From contig CAZLGE010000001.1 in the NCBI GenBank assembly GCA_964559375.1, positions 27,492 to 71,862 of the forward strand: 44,371 bases of DNA, given 5' to 3'. The position numbers were made by a program, and so were the translations under genes. Positions 25,298 to 34,408 of this stretch are shown here, in pieces. The notes beneath the pieces were generated by a model that was not told the origin of the DNA, did not search any database, and worked only from the letters and a program-made list of their open reading frames with translations. The stretch's first letter is position 1, and every line of letters starts with the position of its first letter. The stretch comes from an uncultured Gammaproteobacteria bacterium. GTDB taxonomy: Bacteria; Patescibacteriota; Patescibacteriia; Patescibacteriales; UBA12465.

Positions 25298-25978
25298 TTA
25301 TTTAATCCTGATGAGGACGACGAATTCGCCTTTCAGATTGTTAGGATCACTTTCCAACTGTTTCTTAACAGCGGCGGGATTACCGAAATATTGGCTTTCG
25401 TGAAGTTTAGTCATCTCCCGAGCAACAATGATCGCGGCGGCGGGCAAGACGGCGGCAATTTCGTCCAGGAATTTCAGGATACGGTGCTTAGACTCATAAA
25501 CGATTACGGGATAAAGACTGTTGGCGATCTCCTGAAGGATGGTCTGCCTGCCCTTCTTGTGTGGCAGGAAGCCGAGAAACAAGAAACGATCGAAGCCGTC
25601 GCCGGCAATGGATAGGGCCGCTGTCAAGGCGGAAACTCCCGGTATGCTCTCGATCCTCACCTGATCGGCCAATTCTTCTCGAACAGCGGAAATAAGGTGG
25701 CCGCCCGGGTCGGAGATACCGGGTGTACCCGCATCAGTGACTAGAGCCAAATCCCGGCCTTCCCTCAAAAGTGTGATGATCTTCGCGACCTTAAGGGGGC
25801 CAGAGTGCTGGTGATAAGAAATTGTCGGCGTCTTGATGGCGTAATGGTCGAGGAGTTTCCGGGTGATACGGGTATCTTCGCAGAGCACATAATCCGCTTC
25901 CTCAAGTATACGCCGCGCCCGAAATGTGAGGTCCTCCAGATTGCCGATCGGCGTGGCGACTATTCTGAGACTGCTCAT
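25298..25978 (-). CDS. rsmI: 16S rRNA (cytidine1402-2'-O)-methyltransferase
   Basis: 226 aa. LRIVATPIGNLEDLTFRARRILEEADYVLCEDTR is typical of RsmI. Confidence 0.88.
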   Translation of the reverse strand: MSSLRIVATPIGNLEDLTFRARRILEEADYVLCEDTRITRKLLDHYAIKTPTISYHQHSGPLKVAKIITLLREGRDLALVTDAGTPGISDPGGHLISAVREELADQVRIESIPGVSALTAALSIAGDGFDRFLFLGFLPHKKGRQTILQEIANSLYPVIVYESKHRILKFLDEIAAVLPAAAIIVAREMTKLHESQYFGNPAAVKKQLESDPNNLKGEFVVLIRIK

Positions 25979-25980
25979 AA

Positions 25981-27687
25981 CTATTCGATATTTTCCCGCC
26001 GTTCGCGGATATATTTAGTCCAATCTTCAGCGATCTCCACTAAGACTTTGAACGGGGCCTCGATCACGAAATCAAACAAGAAAATGAAGATATTGATTTT
26101 CGAAAACTTCCCGGACAGCCAGCGTCCGGCCATGATGATCGGCATGTAGAATAAGTCTAGAAGCAGAGTAAAGATATTTTCCCGACGCTCGACGACCGTC
26201 AGTTCCTTCAGGCCTTTTGTCGTACGCACGCTGAAGAAGCTGACGAAGGCCAGGAAGAAGAGAAAGATGATAATACTCACCCAGTTAAAGTTTATGGCGG
26301 TAAGTACCCGAACGATGACATAAACAGAAACCATAAAACCAGAGGCATAGATCAAATTGAAGAACCAATCCTTGAGCCAGGTACGCCGCACCGGTTGTCT
26401 GAGAACTATCGGCTGAGCGGTCGGCGCATCGGCAAGAGCCACTTCTTTGATGCCGTCGACGATCATCCGGGTATTATCGTCTCCCGGCTTGCGCGTCAAA
26501 AAGACGATGATAAACAAAAGCAGCGCCGGGAAAGAAACATTGACCGCTAAAGAGACGGGGTTAATCGGCTCGTTGAATAGCTTGATAGCCGGCACTTCGA
26601 TCAAGAAGACAAATATTGACTTTGTCAGGAAAATATAAATTATGCTGCGGACAGCCGCCCGCCACAGCCGATTCTTTGCCCGGCGGTATTTCTGGTTGCA
26701 AACCTTATTGATAGCGGCGATCAGGTTGCGCTCTCCTTTTTGAAGCTCGGTATATAGTTTGGCTGGATCAGTCGCGATCGTTTCCGATAAAATATATAAA
26801 TATAGGCTATAACGCCGAACAATGCGGTCGAGCTGGCGCGAAAGCGGATGACTCAGCTGCGTATCCACGGTCTTTCTGAGAGCGTCGAGACCGTCAGCGA
26901 TAACCGCGATCTTGTCGGAGCGTCCGGTGAATTCCGTCCAACCGCTGTTATAATATTTAAACAGAACGAAGCTGAGCATGTCTTCATCAAACTTCAGGTA
27001 TTTCCGCCCGATACTCAAGTAAATCTGGATTTCACGGTCGTCTTCATAGGGCAAATCCTTTGGGAGCTGTATCTTCTGGGACAAGCTGGTAAAAAGATTA
27101 TCAACGATTGTCTGCTTGACGCGATCTGGAGCCAGGTGTTCCTCGATCTCGCAGGCCGCCAGGGTGATGATCCAGCCAATCAGGTTATTCTTACGCTGGA
27201 CGAGGTCTTTAGTTTCGTTGATATCTCCGCCCAAACTCCAGTTGGCGGTCATCCGGGCGGAAAGTTCGTCTTTCAGACGGAGATATTTGGCTAGCTTAGC
27301 CTCGACTTCATTAATCGCCGTTTCCGGTAATTGATTGTTAGGCAGATAGCTGCCTCTAATAAGTTCGACTAACAAATGCTCGGCTATCTGTCGGCTGTTC
27401 GCCCCCATGACTGCGCCTTCGATAACTAACTGACGACGCAGTATCCGACTTATCGCATTCTTACGCAAGAGATGCTCTTCGTCGTAATCGATGGCGTTAC
27501 GGATCTTCTCATAAAAAAAAGACAGTCGCGAAATAAGCGCCGAAACCCTAAGACGCGGGACATTTTCGTCCCGCTCCTCTTTTTTGGTCTGTTCGCTGTA
27601 GATGATTTGAAACAGTTTCTTGGCTTTTTCGTTGACCGCGACCGGCTGGACTTCCTCGGTCCGTTTAAACAAATTTGGGCTAACCAT
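25981..27687 (-). CDS. hypothetical large membrane protein (soluble N-terminal ~350 aa + 4-5 C-terminal TM helices)
   Basis: I prefer the ATG at 27687 (MVSPNLFKRT...) to the TTG at 27747. No catalytic motif recognised. The architecture is loosely reminiscent of the transmembrane so-called site-specific recombinase (Gcr-like) family; this is unverified. Confidence 0.55.
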   Translation of the reverse strand: MVSPNLFKRTEEVQPVAVNEKAKKLFQIIYSEQTKKEERDENVPRLRVSALISRLSFFYEKIRNAIDYDEEHLLRKNAISRILRRQLVIEGAVMGANSRQIAEHLLVELIRGSYLPNNQLPETAINEVEAKLAKYLRLKDELSARMTANWSLGGDINETKDLVQRKNNLIGWIITLAACEIEEHLAPDRVKQTIVDNLFTSLSQKIQLPKDLPYEDDREIQIYLSIGRKYLKFDEDMLSFVLFKYYNSGWTEFTGRSDKIAVIADGLDALRKTVDTQLSHPLSRQLDRIVRRYSLYLYILSETIATDPAKLYTELQKGERNLIAAINKVCNQKYRRAKNRLWRAAVRSIIYIFLTKSIFVFLIEVPAIKLFNEPINPVSLAVNVSFPALLLFIIVFLTRKPGDDNTRMIVDGIKEVALADAPTAQPIVLRQPVRRTWLKDWFFNLIYASGFMVSVYVIVRVLTAINFNWVSIIIFLFFLAFVSFFSVRTTKGLKELTVVERRENIFTLLLDLFYMPIIMAGRWLSGKFSKINIFIFLFDFVIEAPFKVLVEIAEDWTKYIRERRENIE

Positions 27688-27781
27688 AAATAACGAATTA
27701 TTTAAAATCGTTAATATTATTGTAGCCTCTTTAGAGCCAAAAAGCAACCGGGAGTGCCCTTCTCCGGCCAGGCTATTTCCC

Positions 27782-27810
27782 TTGACAGGCGCTTCAAGAT
27801 TCTGTATTAT
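27782..27810 (+). promoter_or_regulatory. sigma70-type promoter for secE-nusG-rplK-rplA
   Basis: TTGACA (27782-27787), exactly 17 nt, TATTAT (27805-27810). Confidence 0.65.
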
Positions 27811-27857
27811 TTTAGATATAAGTGGCCGAGAGGCTATTTTTAAATACCCTGATAAAT

Positions 27858-28037
27858 ATGAACAAGATCACAAACTACGTTGCCGAGTCGGCAGCCGAGA
27901 TGAAAAAGGTCACCTGGCCAACCAAGAAAGAAACCTACAGCTATACCGTGCTGGTCATCGGCATCAGTTTGGCCGTGGCCGTCTTCCTGGGCATTTTGGA
28001 TTATATCTTTACTCAAGGACTCCAATTCGTCATATAA
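27858..28037 (+). CDS. secE: preprotein translocase subunit SecE
   Basis: 59 aa starting at the ATG at 27858. KKVTWPTKKE followed by one TM helix. Located directly upstream of nusG. Confidence 0.88.
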   Translation: MNKITNYVAESAAEMKKVTWPTKKETYSYTVLVIGISLAVAVFLGILDYIFTQGLQFVI

Positions 28038-28069
28038 TTATTCTCTAGCTAATATAGTTCTTAAGTCAT

Positions 28070-28615
28070 ATGGCCAAGCAACTTCTTAATCAAGGTCGGC
28101 GATGGTATGTCATCCATACATACTCCGGCTACGAAGAAAACGTCACGCAAAACCTCAAACAGCGCGTCGAATCACTCGATATGGAAGATAAAATCTTTAA
28201 TATCCTGATTCCAACCGAAAAGAAGATCAAGATCAAAAACGGCAAACGCAAGGTAGTCGAAGAAAAAATCTTCCCCGGCTATATTTTAGTCGAGATGGAA
28301 GTGACTGATGAATCCTGGTATATCGTCCGTAATACCCCCAATGTGACCGGCTTTATCGGCACCGGCACCATCCCGACGCCAATCAGCGAAACCGAGGTTA
28401 AATCTCTCCAGAAACGGATGGGCGTCGAAGAACCCAAATTCCAGATTGATGTCGAAGTCGGCACGCCGGTCCGGATCAACGAAGGACCGTTCAAGAATAT
28501 GGAAGGCAAGGTGACGGCGGTAGATGAGGCCAAAGGTAAAGTTAAAGTTTCGGTCTCGATGTTCGGCCGCGAAACCCCGGTCGAACTGGACTTCCTCCAA
28601 ATAAAGAAAATCTAA
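28070..28615 (+). CDS. nusG: transcription termination/antitermination factor NusG
   Basis: 181 aa. NGN domain (WYVIHTYSGYE) and KOW motif (VRINEGPFKNMEGKV). Confidence 0.94.
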   Translation: MAKQLLNQGRRWYVIHTYSGYEENVTQNLKQRVESLDMEDKIFNILIPTEKKIKIKNGKRKVVEEKIFPGYILVEMEVTDESWYIVRNTPNVTGFIGTGTIPTPISETEVKSLQKRMGVEEPKFQIDVEVGTPVRINEGPFKNMEGKVTAVDEAKGKVKVSVSMFGRETPVELDFLQIKKI

Positions 28616-28677
28616 GATATTTATCATAAATAACAGGCAGGCGGTGCTTCTACGCTTTCCGACATGGCAACAATAAT

Positions 28678-29100
28678 ATGGCAAAAAAGATAAAGACCAA
28701 GATCAAACTACAGATCCCCGGCGGCCAAGCCAATCCGGCTCCTCCGGTCGGACCGGCGCTCGGCCAGCATGGCCTCAATATCGCCGAATTCTGCAAACAA
28801 TTCAACGACAAAACTAAGGATAAGATGGGTAGCATCATCCCGGTTGAGATTACTGTCTACGAGGACCGGAGCTATGACTTCATCCTGAAGACCCCGCCCG
28901 CCGCCGAGCTCATCAAGAAAGCGGCCGGAATCCAGAAGGGCTCGGGTAAACCGCTGACCGAAAAGATTGGCAAGATTTCGATGGCCCAGCTCGAGGAGAT
29001 CGCTAAGGTTAAGATGCCCGATCTGAACACTGATGACCTAGAATCGGCAAAAAAAATCATCGCCGGCACCGCGCGGCAGATGGGTGTAGAAATAAAATAA
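28678..29100 (+). CDS. rplK: 50S ribosomal protein L11
   Basis: 140 aa; [26 protein letters not shown]. Confidence 0.95.
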   Translation: MAKKIKTKIKLQIPGGQANPAPPVGPALGQHGLNIAEFCKQFNDKTKDKMGSIIPVEITVYEDRSYDFILKTPPAAELIKKAAGIQKGSGKPLTEKIGKISMAQLEEIAKVKMPDLNTDDLESAKKIIAGTARQMGVEIK

Positions 29101-29178
29101 TTATAATTGTGGGAGTCCGTTTCGCTCCTGCCTCGTTAGGCAAATGGCGAATCGCAGACGCTTACCACGACTAACCCT

Positions 29179-29880
29179 ATGACTAAAGAAAAAGAAGTAA
29201 AGAAGAGCGCTAAGAAGATTATTGATAATTCCGCTATTTACAATAAGACGACCGCCTACTCGCCGACCGAAGCGCTCGCGATCGTCAGGAAGCTGACCAA
29301 AAGCAAGTTCGACGCGTCTGTGGAAGTCCATTTTCGGCTCGGAATCAATACTAAAAAAGGCGATCAGCAGGTCCGGGCGTCGGTCAGTTTGCCCCATGGC
29401 ACGGGAAAGACTATTAAGGTCGCGGCCTTTGTCACGCCAGATAAGGAAAAAGAAGTAAAAGAAGCCGGCGCTGATTTTGTCGGCGGCGAAGAATTAATCA
29501 AGGAGATCAAGAAGACCGAAAAGACTGATTTTCAGGTCGCCATTGCCGAACCGGCGCTTATGAAAAACCTGGCCGTCATCGCTAAAATCCTCGGTACCCG
29601 CGGTCTAATGCCATCGCCGAAAAATGATACTGTTACGGCCAACCCCGCCAAAACCGTCCAAGACCTCAAAAAGGGTAAAATTAGCTTCAAAAACGACGAC
29701 ACAGCTAACATCCACACGGTCATCGGCAAGATCAGCTTCGACGACCAGAAACTCCTGGAAAACTATGCCGCCCTGCTCGAAACCATCCAAAAATCCAGAC
29801 CGTCCTCAGCGAAGGGCACCTTTATCAGAAATATCAGCCTATCTTCTTCAATGAGCCCGGGCGTTAAGGTCTTAATTTAA
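29179..29880 (+). CDS. rplA: 50S ribosomal protein L1
   Basis: 233 aa; FDASVEVHFRLGI, LPHGTGKTIKVAAF. Confidence 0.95.
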   Translation: MTKEKEVKKSAKKIIDNSAIYNKTTAYSPTEALAIVRKLTKSKFDASVEVHFRLGINTKKGDQQVRASVSLPHGTGKTIKVAAFVTPDKEKEVKEAGADFVGGEELIKEIKKTEKTDFQVAIAEPALMKNLAVIAKILGTRGLMPSPKNDTVTANPAKTVQDLKKGKISFKNDDTANIHTVIGKISFDDQKLLENYAALLETIQKSRPSSAKGTFIRNISLSSSMSPGVKVLI

Positions 29881-29896
29881 TAGACTTTCTTCATCC

Positions 29897-29925
29897 TTGA
29901 CGACACGCGCTATTTCCGGTAAAAT
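29897..29925 (+). promoter_or_regulatory. promoter-like element upstream of the rplA terminator hairpin
   Basis: TTGACG (29897-29902), 17 nt, TAAAAT (29920-29925). Confidence 0.45.
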
Positions 29926-29950
29926 ATAAGTAGGTAAGCAATTTTTAAAG

Positions 29951-29976
29951 AAGAGCGGACCAACCGCTCTTTTTTA
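29951..29976 (+). terminator. intrinsic terminator or attenuator hairpin
   Basis: AAGAGCGG-ACCAA-CCGCTCTT followed by TTTT. Confidence 0.75.
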
Positions 29977-30023
29977 AGAAAAAGGTCGTCTTACAATTTA
30001 ATAAAGTTTAGTGTGTCAAAGAA

Positions 30024-30281
30024 ATGAAAAAATTATTTGTCGGCGGCTTGAACTTCAAGACGACCGATCAGACCCTCGGTGAGGCTTTTGCCAAAGCCGG
30101 TAAGGTCCTGTCCGCCGTCGTCATCATGGACCGCATGACCCATCGTTCTAAGGGTTTCGGCTTCGTTGAGATGGAAAATGACGATGAAGCTCAGGCGGCT
30201 ATCGATATGTATAACGGCCAAGAGCTGGACGGACGCCAAGTGGTTGTTAACGAGGCCCGCCCGCTCGAGAAGAGATTCTAA
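30024..30281 (+). CDS. RRM-type (RNP-1) RNA-binding protein
   Basis: 85 aa. RNP2 LFVGGL and RNP1 KGFGFVEM. Confidence 0.9.
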   Translation: MKKLFVGGLNFKTTDQTLGEAFAKAGKVLSAVVIMDRMTHRSKGFGFVEMENDDEAQAAIDMYNGQELDGRQVVVNEARPLEKRF

Positions 30282-30300
30282 CTATCTGAATTTGACTAAA

Positions 30301-30328
30301 ACACCCCGCCTGAAGCGGGGTGTTTTTT
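30301..30328. terminator. bidirectional intrinsic terminator
   Basis: ACACCCCGC-CTGAA-GCGGGGTGT followed by TTTTT, between convergent genes. Confidence 0.8.
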
Positions 30329-30347
30329 GTATTACGACAAGTACTCT

Positions 30348-31043
30348 CTACTTAACCAACTCAACGCTCTCGATAACGACATCAGTGAGCGGGCGATCGT
30401 TAACGCCTGTCTCAATCGCTTCGATTTTCTTCACGATATCTAGGCCGGAAACGACTTCTCCAAAATTAGTATGTCGCCCGTCCAACCAGGGCGTAGCCTC
30501 GGCCGTTACGATAAAAAACTGGGAGCCATTGGTATTCGGCCCAGAATTAGCCATGGCCAGGCTGCCAGAAACGAGCTGATGATCGTTAAATTCATCCTTA
30601 AAGCTATAGCCCGGACCGCCCGTGCCATAAAGCCGTGTATCGCTCCCCTGGCTCAATGGATCGCCACCCTGGATCATAAAATCTTTGATGACGCGGTGAA
30701 ATTTGGTGCCGTCATAAAATCCCGCCTTAGCCAGATTAAGAAAATTATTGACGGTTAATGGCGAATCGCTGCCGTACAGTTTAACTGTGATATTCCCAAG
30801 GCTGGTCTTTATAATCGCCTGAGAATATTCGTCGCGCAGGTTTTCCTGCTTATCGGGTGTTTCCATGTTACTGATATTTACGTCGTTCTGCTGAGCAGGC
30901 GACGGCGGTGCGGCCTGATCGGGCGCAGCCGTTAAATAATTATTAAAATCGATCGTCACTGGCTCGGGAGCGTCGTCATAGCTGCAGGCGGAAACGCTAA
31001 GCGCCACCACCGACAACACTAAAATATAAATGATTTTTTTCAT
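30348..31043 (-). CDS. cyclophilin-type peptidyl-prolyl isomerase, lipoprotein
   Basis: 231 aa. Signal peptide with lipobox (LSVSAC), a linker, then FHRVIKDFMIQGGDP...GSQFFI. Confidence 0.9.
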   Translation of the reverse strand: MKKIIYILVLSVVALSVSACSYDDAPEPVTIDFNNYLTAAPDQAAPPSPAQQNDVNISNMETPDKQENLRDEYSQAIIKTSLGNITVKLYGSDSPLTVNNFLNLAKAGFYDGTKFHRVIKDFMIQGGDPLSQGSDTRLYGTGGPGYSFKDEFNDHQLVSGSLAMANSGPNTNGSQFFIVTAEATPWLDGRHTNFGEVVSGLDIVKKIEAIETGVNDRPLTDVVIESVELVK

Positions 31044-31066
31044 AATCTTTGATTAATGTTTATAAA

Positions 31067-32527
31067 TCACACTTTATATTGCCGTTTTATCTTCTTATCC
31101 TCTTCTTCGCGCTTTTCCTCAATCACTTCCCTGGCGCGGGCTCTTAGTTCCTCAAGCGGCAGTTCAGCCAGCTTTCTAGCTCGCTCGGCCAGATGCTCCA
31201 AAGTATTATGTTCTGGCTCTTCGATTACCTCGCTCAGTAATACGTCGAGTATGGCGCCGATTTTCGGACCGGGGGCGATAGCAAGTAGGCGCATCAGGTC
31301 ATCACCGTTTATCTTAAGCATCTTGACGGAAATGGGGTCGTTCTGGACCTTCTCCATCATATATTCGAGGTGACGGAGCTTATAGGGCTTAGCCTTGGGC
31401 GTACCGGAACCTAGGCGGTCGGCGATGCGCAGCTCGATAAGATCTTTCAGGTTCTGCCGACCGACTTTGACAATCAGCCGACGGACGGAAGCGGCGGTCA
31501 CCTCTCCGACATTATAATAGAACATGTGGTTCTTGACCAGATTAACCACCCGTTCCCGATCTTCATTGGAAAACTTCAGACGCGTCATGATCCGCTCGAC
31601 CAGCTTAGCACCGACATATTCGTGATTATAGAAAGTGGCGATGCCACCGATAATTTTACGCGTTTTAGGTTTACCGACGTCATGAAGCAGCGCGGCTAGT
31701 CGGACGGGCCACTCGCGGCTCGGGCAATGTTGAAGCGAGAGCAAATTGTGCTTGAAGACCGTATGGATATGATGACGGTCCTGCTTCACGCCCACACCCT
31801 GTTCCAGTTCCGGCAAGATATATTGGAGAAGCTTAGTCTCATGGAGCAGCGTCACGCCCTCGGCTGGCCGATCGGAAGACAGGATCTTCACGAATTCATC
31901 GCGTATTCTTTCGGGCGAAACAAATTTCAAGCTGCCGGCCAGCTTGACTATTCCCCGCTGCGTTTTGGGTTCGAGTTCGAAGCCCAGCTGAGAACTGAAG
32001 CGGACGGCGCGGAGGAGCCGGAGAGCATCCTCTTTAAAACGGTCCGCTGGCTCGCCCACCGAGCGAATAATCTTGGCCTTGATATCCTTACGCCCGCCGA
32101 AATAATCGATTATAGTCTCGGGCTCGAGGGGATTGAACGCTAGCGCGTTGATAGTGAAATCGCGTCGCTCCAAATCTTTATCGAGTTCGGTCTCAAAACG
32201 GACCTCATCCGGATGGCGGCGGTCGGAGTATCCCTGTTCACTGCGGTAAGTCGTAATTTCGACAATCGATGAGGGTTTCGATTTATGGCCGTTTTCTTCC
32301 GCACTAGCCGTATAAATAGGCAGCAGAACCGTTCCGAAGGTATTTTCGTACTTGCCGTTCGGAAAGACCTGGAGAATCTCTTCCGGCCGGGCAGCGGTCG
32401 TGATATCCCAGTCTTTAGGTTCCTTACCCATGAGGATATCACGAACACAGCCACCGACGGCATAAGCCGCGTGACCCGCCGAGTGGAGCTGGCGCGCGAT
32501 TTCTAATATGTGATCGGGAATGTTCAT
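31067..32527 (-). CDS. cca: CCA-adding enzyme / tRNA nucleotidyltransferase with HD domain
   Basis: 486 aa; GGCVRDILMG, RRDFTINA, LLHDVGK. Confidence 0.85.
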   Translation of the reverse strand: MNIPDHILEIARQLHSAGHAAYAVGGCVRDILMGKEPKDWDITTAARPEEILQVFPNGKYENTFGTVLLPIYTASAEENGHKSKPSSIVEITTYRSEQGYSDRRHPDEVRFETELDKDLERRDFTINALAFNPLEPETIIDYFGGRKDIKAKIIRSVGEPADRFKEDALRLLRAVRFSSQLGFELEPKTQRGIVKLAGSLKFVSPERIRDEFVKILSSDRPAEGVTLLHETKLLQYILPELEQGVGVKQDRHHIHTVFKHNLLSLQHCPSREWPVRLAALLHDVGKPKTRKIIGGIATFYNHEYVGAKLVERIMTRLKFSNEDRERVVNLVKNHMFYYNVGEVTAASVRRLIVKVGRQNLKDLIELRIADRLGSGTPKAKPYKLRHLEYMMEKVQNDPISVKMLKINGDDLMRLLAIAPGPKIGAILDVLLSEVIEEPEHNTLEHLAERARKLAELPLEELRARAREVIEEKREEEDKKIKRQYKV

Positions 32528-32549
32528 GAAAAAGCAATAAGACCCGATC

Positions 32550-33290
32550 CTACCCTTTAACTTTCAGTTTGATCAGATCTTGATAGATATTATAACTGTA
32601 AACGAGTACGATCGGCCCGACCAGGAAACTCACCAGTTGCACGAAGGAGTTATATAAATGCCAAGGCGTACTATCTTTCACCAGCGAAACAAGCGGCCAG
32701 GAGACAATCGAGAGTATTGCCCAAATAAAGATGGCGACAAGTAGTAAGCGCCCAAAAACCGGCCACCAGTATCCGGTAACAAGCTCGGTGCTGCGACGAA
32801 TGGCCGCCCGCCCCCGCTTATCTTCAAAAAAGAAAACAAAAGCGGCGAAACTGTAAAACACCGCGTAGATGATGCCCGGAATGATGAGTAGCAAGGACCA
32901 GAGCAGTACAAAAAGAGCGCTCAGGAGCGACAATCCCAGATACGGCCAGAACCAGGGGCGGGTCTCCTTGTATATAGCCAGCTCATCACCGGCATAATCC
33001 TTCTTGATGAGAAGGAAAGCACCGATCTGGCCGCGGATAGCAAAGTACATCGCCACCAGACCGGCTAGGCCGGCACCCAAGATCATTAGGGCGCTGAGCA
33101 GACCGTTATCTGCGCCATAACGGATACTGGCAGCTACTAGCGCCATTGATATAAGGGCGGGAATTAGAGAATACAAGAAGCTCCAGACATAGACCATTAC
33201 GAATTTCTTCAACTGCTTAAACCAGGTCTTGAGAGCCATTTCCAGATTATCCAGGGCCGGAGTCAATTTCGGTTTTGTCTCTTCGATCAT
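32550..33290 (-). CDS. hypothetical polytopic membrane protein
   Basis: 246 aa with about 6 TM helices. No motif I can name. Confidence 0.6.
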   Translation of the reverse strand: MIEETKPKLTPALDNLEMALKTWFKQLKKFVMVYVWSFLYSLIPALISMALVAASIRYGADNGLLSALMILGAGLAGLVAMYFAIRGQIGAFLLIKKDYAGDELAIYKETRPWFWPYLGLSLLSALFVLLWSLLLIIPGIIYAVFYSFAAFVFFFEDKRGRAAIRRSTELVTGYWWPVFGRLLLVAIFIWAILSIVSWPLVSLVKDSTPWHLYNSFVQLVSFLVGPIVLVYSYNIYQDLIKLKVKG

Positions 33291-33320
33291 AGTTTTATAT
33301 TAATATTTAAAAAGAGAGGC

Positions 33321-34328
33321 TTAGCGCCGGCCTAGATAATCAGCCAGCTCAACCAAACGATTGGCATAGCCCCACTCATTGTCGTACCAAGAAATCAGTT
33401 TAAGGAAATCGCCGCCCACGAGGCGGGTATTTTTGAGATCCACGATTGCGCTGTGCGCGTTACCGACAATATCAGTGGAAACCAGTTCATCATCCGAAGC
33501 CTCGATGATGCCGCGCATCTTTCCTCGGGCCGCCTTTTTGAGGGCGGCATTTACAGCCGCCACAGTGGTCCGCTTATCTAGTAGATAAACGGTATCGCAG
33601 AGCGACCCAACCGGAGTCGGCACGCGCACCGCCAGGCCGTCAAATTTATTCTTAAGCGAAGGGATAGTTTCCGTCGCGGCGATGGCTGCGCCGGTCGTAG
33701 TCGGAATGATGTTAAGCGCCGCGGCGCGAGCGCGGCGCAAATCTTTGTGCGGACCGTCAACGAGATTCTGGTCGGCGGTATAGGAATGGATGGTCGTCAT
33801 AAACGCTTTCTTGATGCCGAAAACCTCCTTGATTATCTTGGTCACCGGCGCTAGACAGTTAGTCGTACAGGAAGCGCACGATAGCAGCCGATCACTCGCC
33901 TTGATCTTTTCCATATTGACACCAGGAACGATGATCGGTACGCCGGCAGACTTGGACGGCGCGGACAAAAGGACGTTTTTCGCTCCTGCCGCCAGATGCT
34001 TTGCCAAATCCTCCTTCTTAGTGAAGCGACCGGTGCATTCCAGAACTACATCCACCTTAAGCTTCTTCCAGGGCAATTCAGCCGGGTCCTTAACAGCCAG
34101 AACTGGAATGCTCCGGCCGTTTACTACCAGGGCATCCTTAACAGCTAGGATCTCTTGCTTAGTCGTGCCGTAGACGGAATCGTAGCGCAAAAGATGCGCT
34201 AGCGTCGTCGGGTCGGTCAAATCATTGATTGCCACGATATTAAAACCGGGAAAACGCAGCCAGATGGCCTTGAAAGCCGCCCGGCCGATACGGCCGAAGC
34301 CGTTAATCGCGATGTTGATCTTCTTCAT
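33321..34328 (-). CDS. gap: type I glyceraldehyde-3-phosphate dehydrogenase
   Basis: 335 aa; INGFGRIGR, catalytic SCTTNCLAP, WYDNEWGY. Confidence 0.95.
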   Translation of the reverse strand: MKKINIAINGFGRIGRAAFKAIWLRFPGFNIVAINDLTDPTTLAHLLRYDSVYGTTKQEILAVKDALVVNGRSIPVLAVKDPAELPWKKLKVDVVLECTGRFTKKEDLAKHLAAGAKNVLLSAPSKSAGVPIIVPGVNMEKIKASDRLLSCASCTTNCLAPVTKIIKEVFGIKKAFMTTIHSYTADQNLVDGPHKDLRRARAAALNIIPTTTGAAIAATETIPSLKNKFDGLAVRVPTPVGSLCDTVYLLDKRTTVAAVNAALKKAARGKMRGIIEASDDELVSTDIVGNAHSAIVDLKNTRLVGGDFLKLISWYDNEWGYANRLVELADYLGRR

Positions 34329-34363
34329 ACTTTATTGAAAGATTTAATAAAAAGGCTAGCTAT

Positions 34364-34372
34364 ATTATAACA
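34364..34372 (-). promoter_or_regulatory. extended -10 (TGTTATAAT) for gap
   Basis: Minus strand TGTTATAAT, about 35 nt upstream of the gap ATG. Confidence 0.45.
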
Positions 34373-34382
34373 TATCCGGCTA

Positions 34383-34408
34383 AATTTAAAACCGCCCGAA
34401 CGGGCGGC
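34383..34408 (-). terminator. intrinsic terminator ending the rpsB-tsf-PSP1 unit
   Basis: Minus strand CCGCCC-GUUC-GGGCGG followed by UUUUAAAUUU. Confidence 0.7.

Noticed and set aside
24483-25403. 306-aa plus-strand ORF, the longest unexplained ORF in the track.
   Set aside because: It lies entirely antisense to metG and the start of rsmI, both of which have unmistakable motifs. Its sequence is low-complexity and R/G/L-rich, typical of a shadow ORF opposite a GC-rich gene.
29101-29178. 78-nt rplK-rplA spacer containing GGGAGU...GCUCC, considered as an L1 autoregulatory mRNA site.
   Set aside because: Only short (3-5 bp) helices can be drawn, and I cannot reproduce the L1-binding consensus from memory well enough to support the call.
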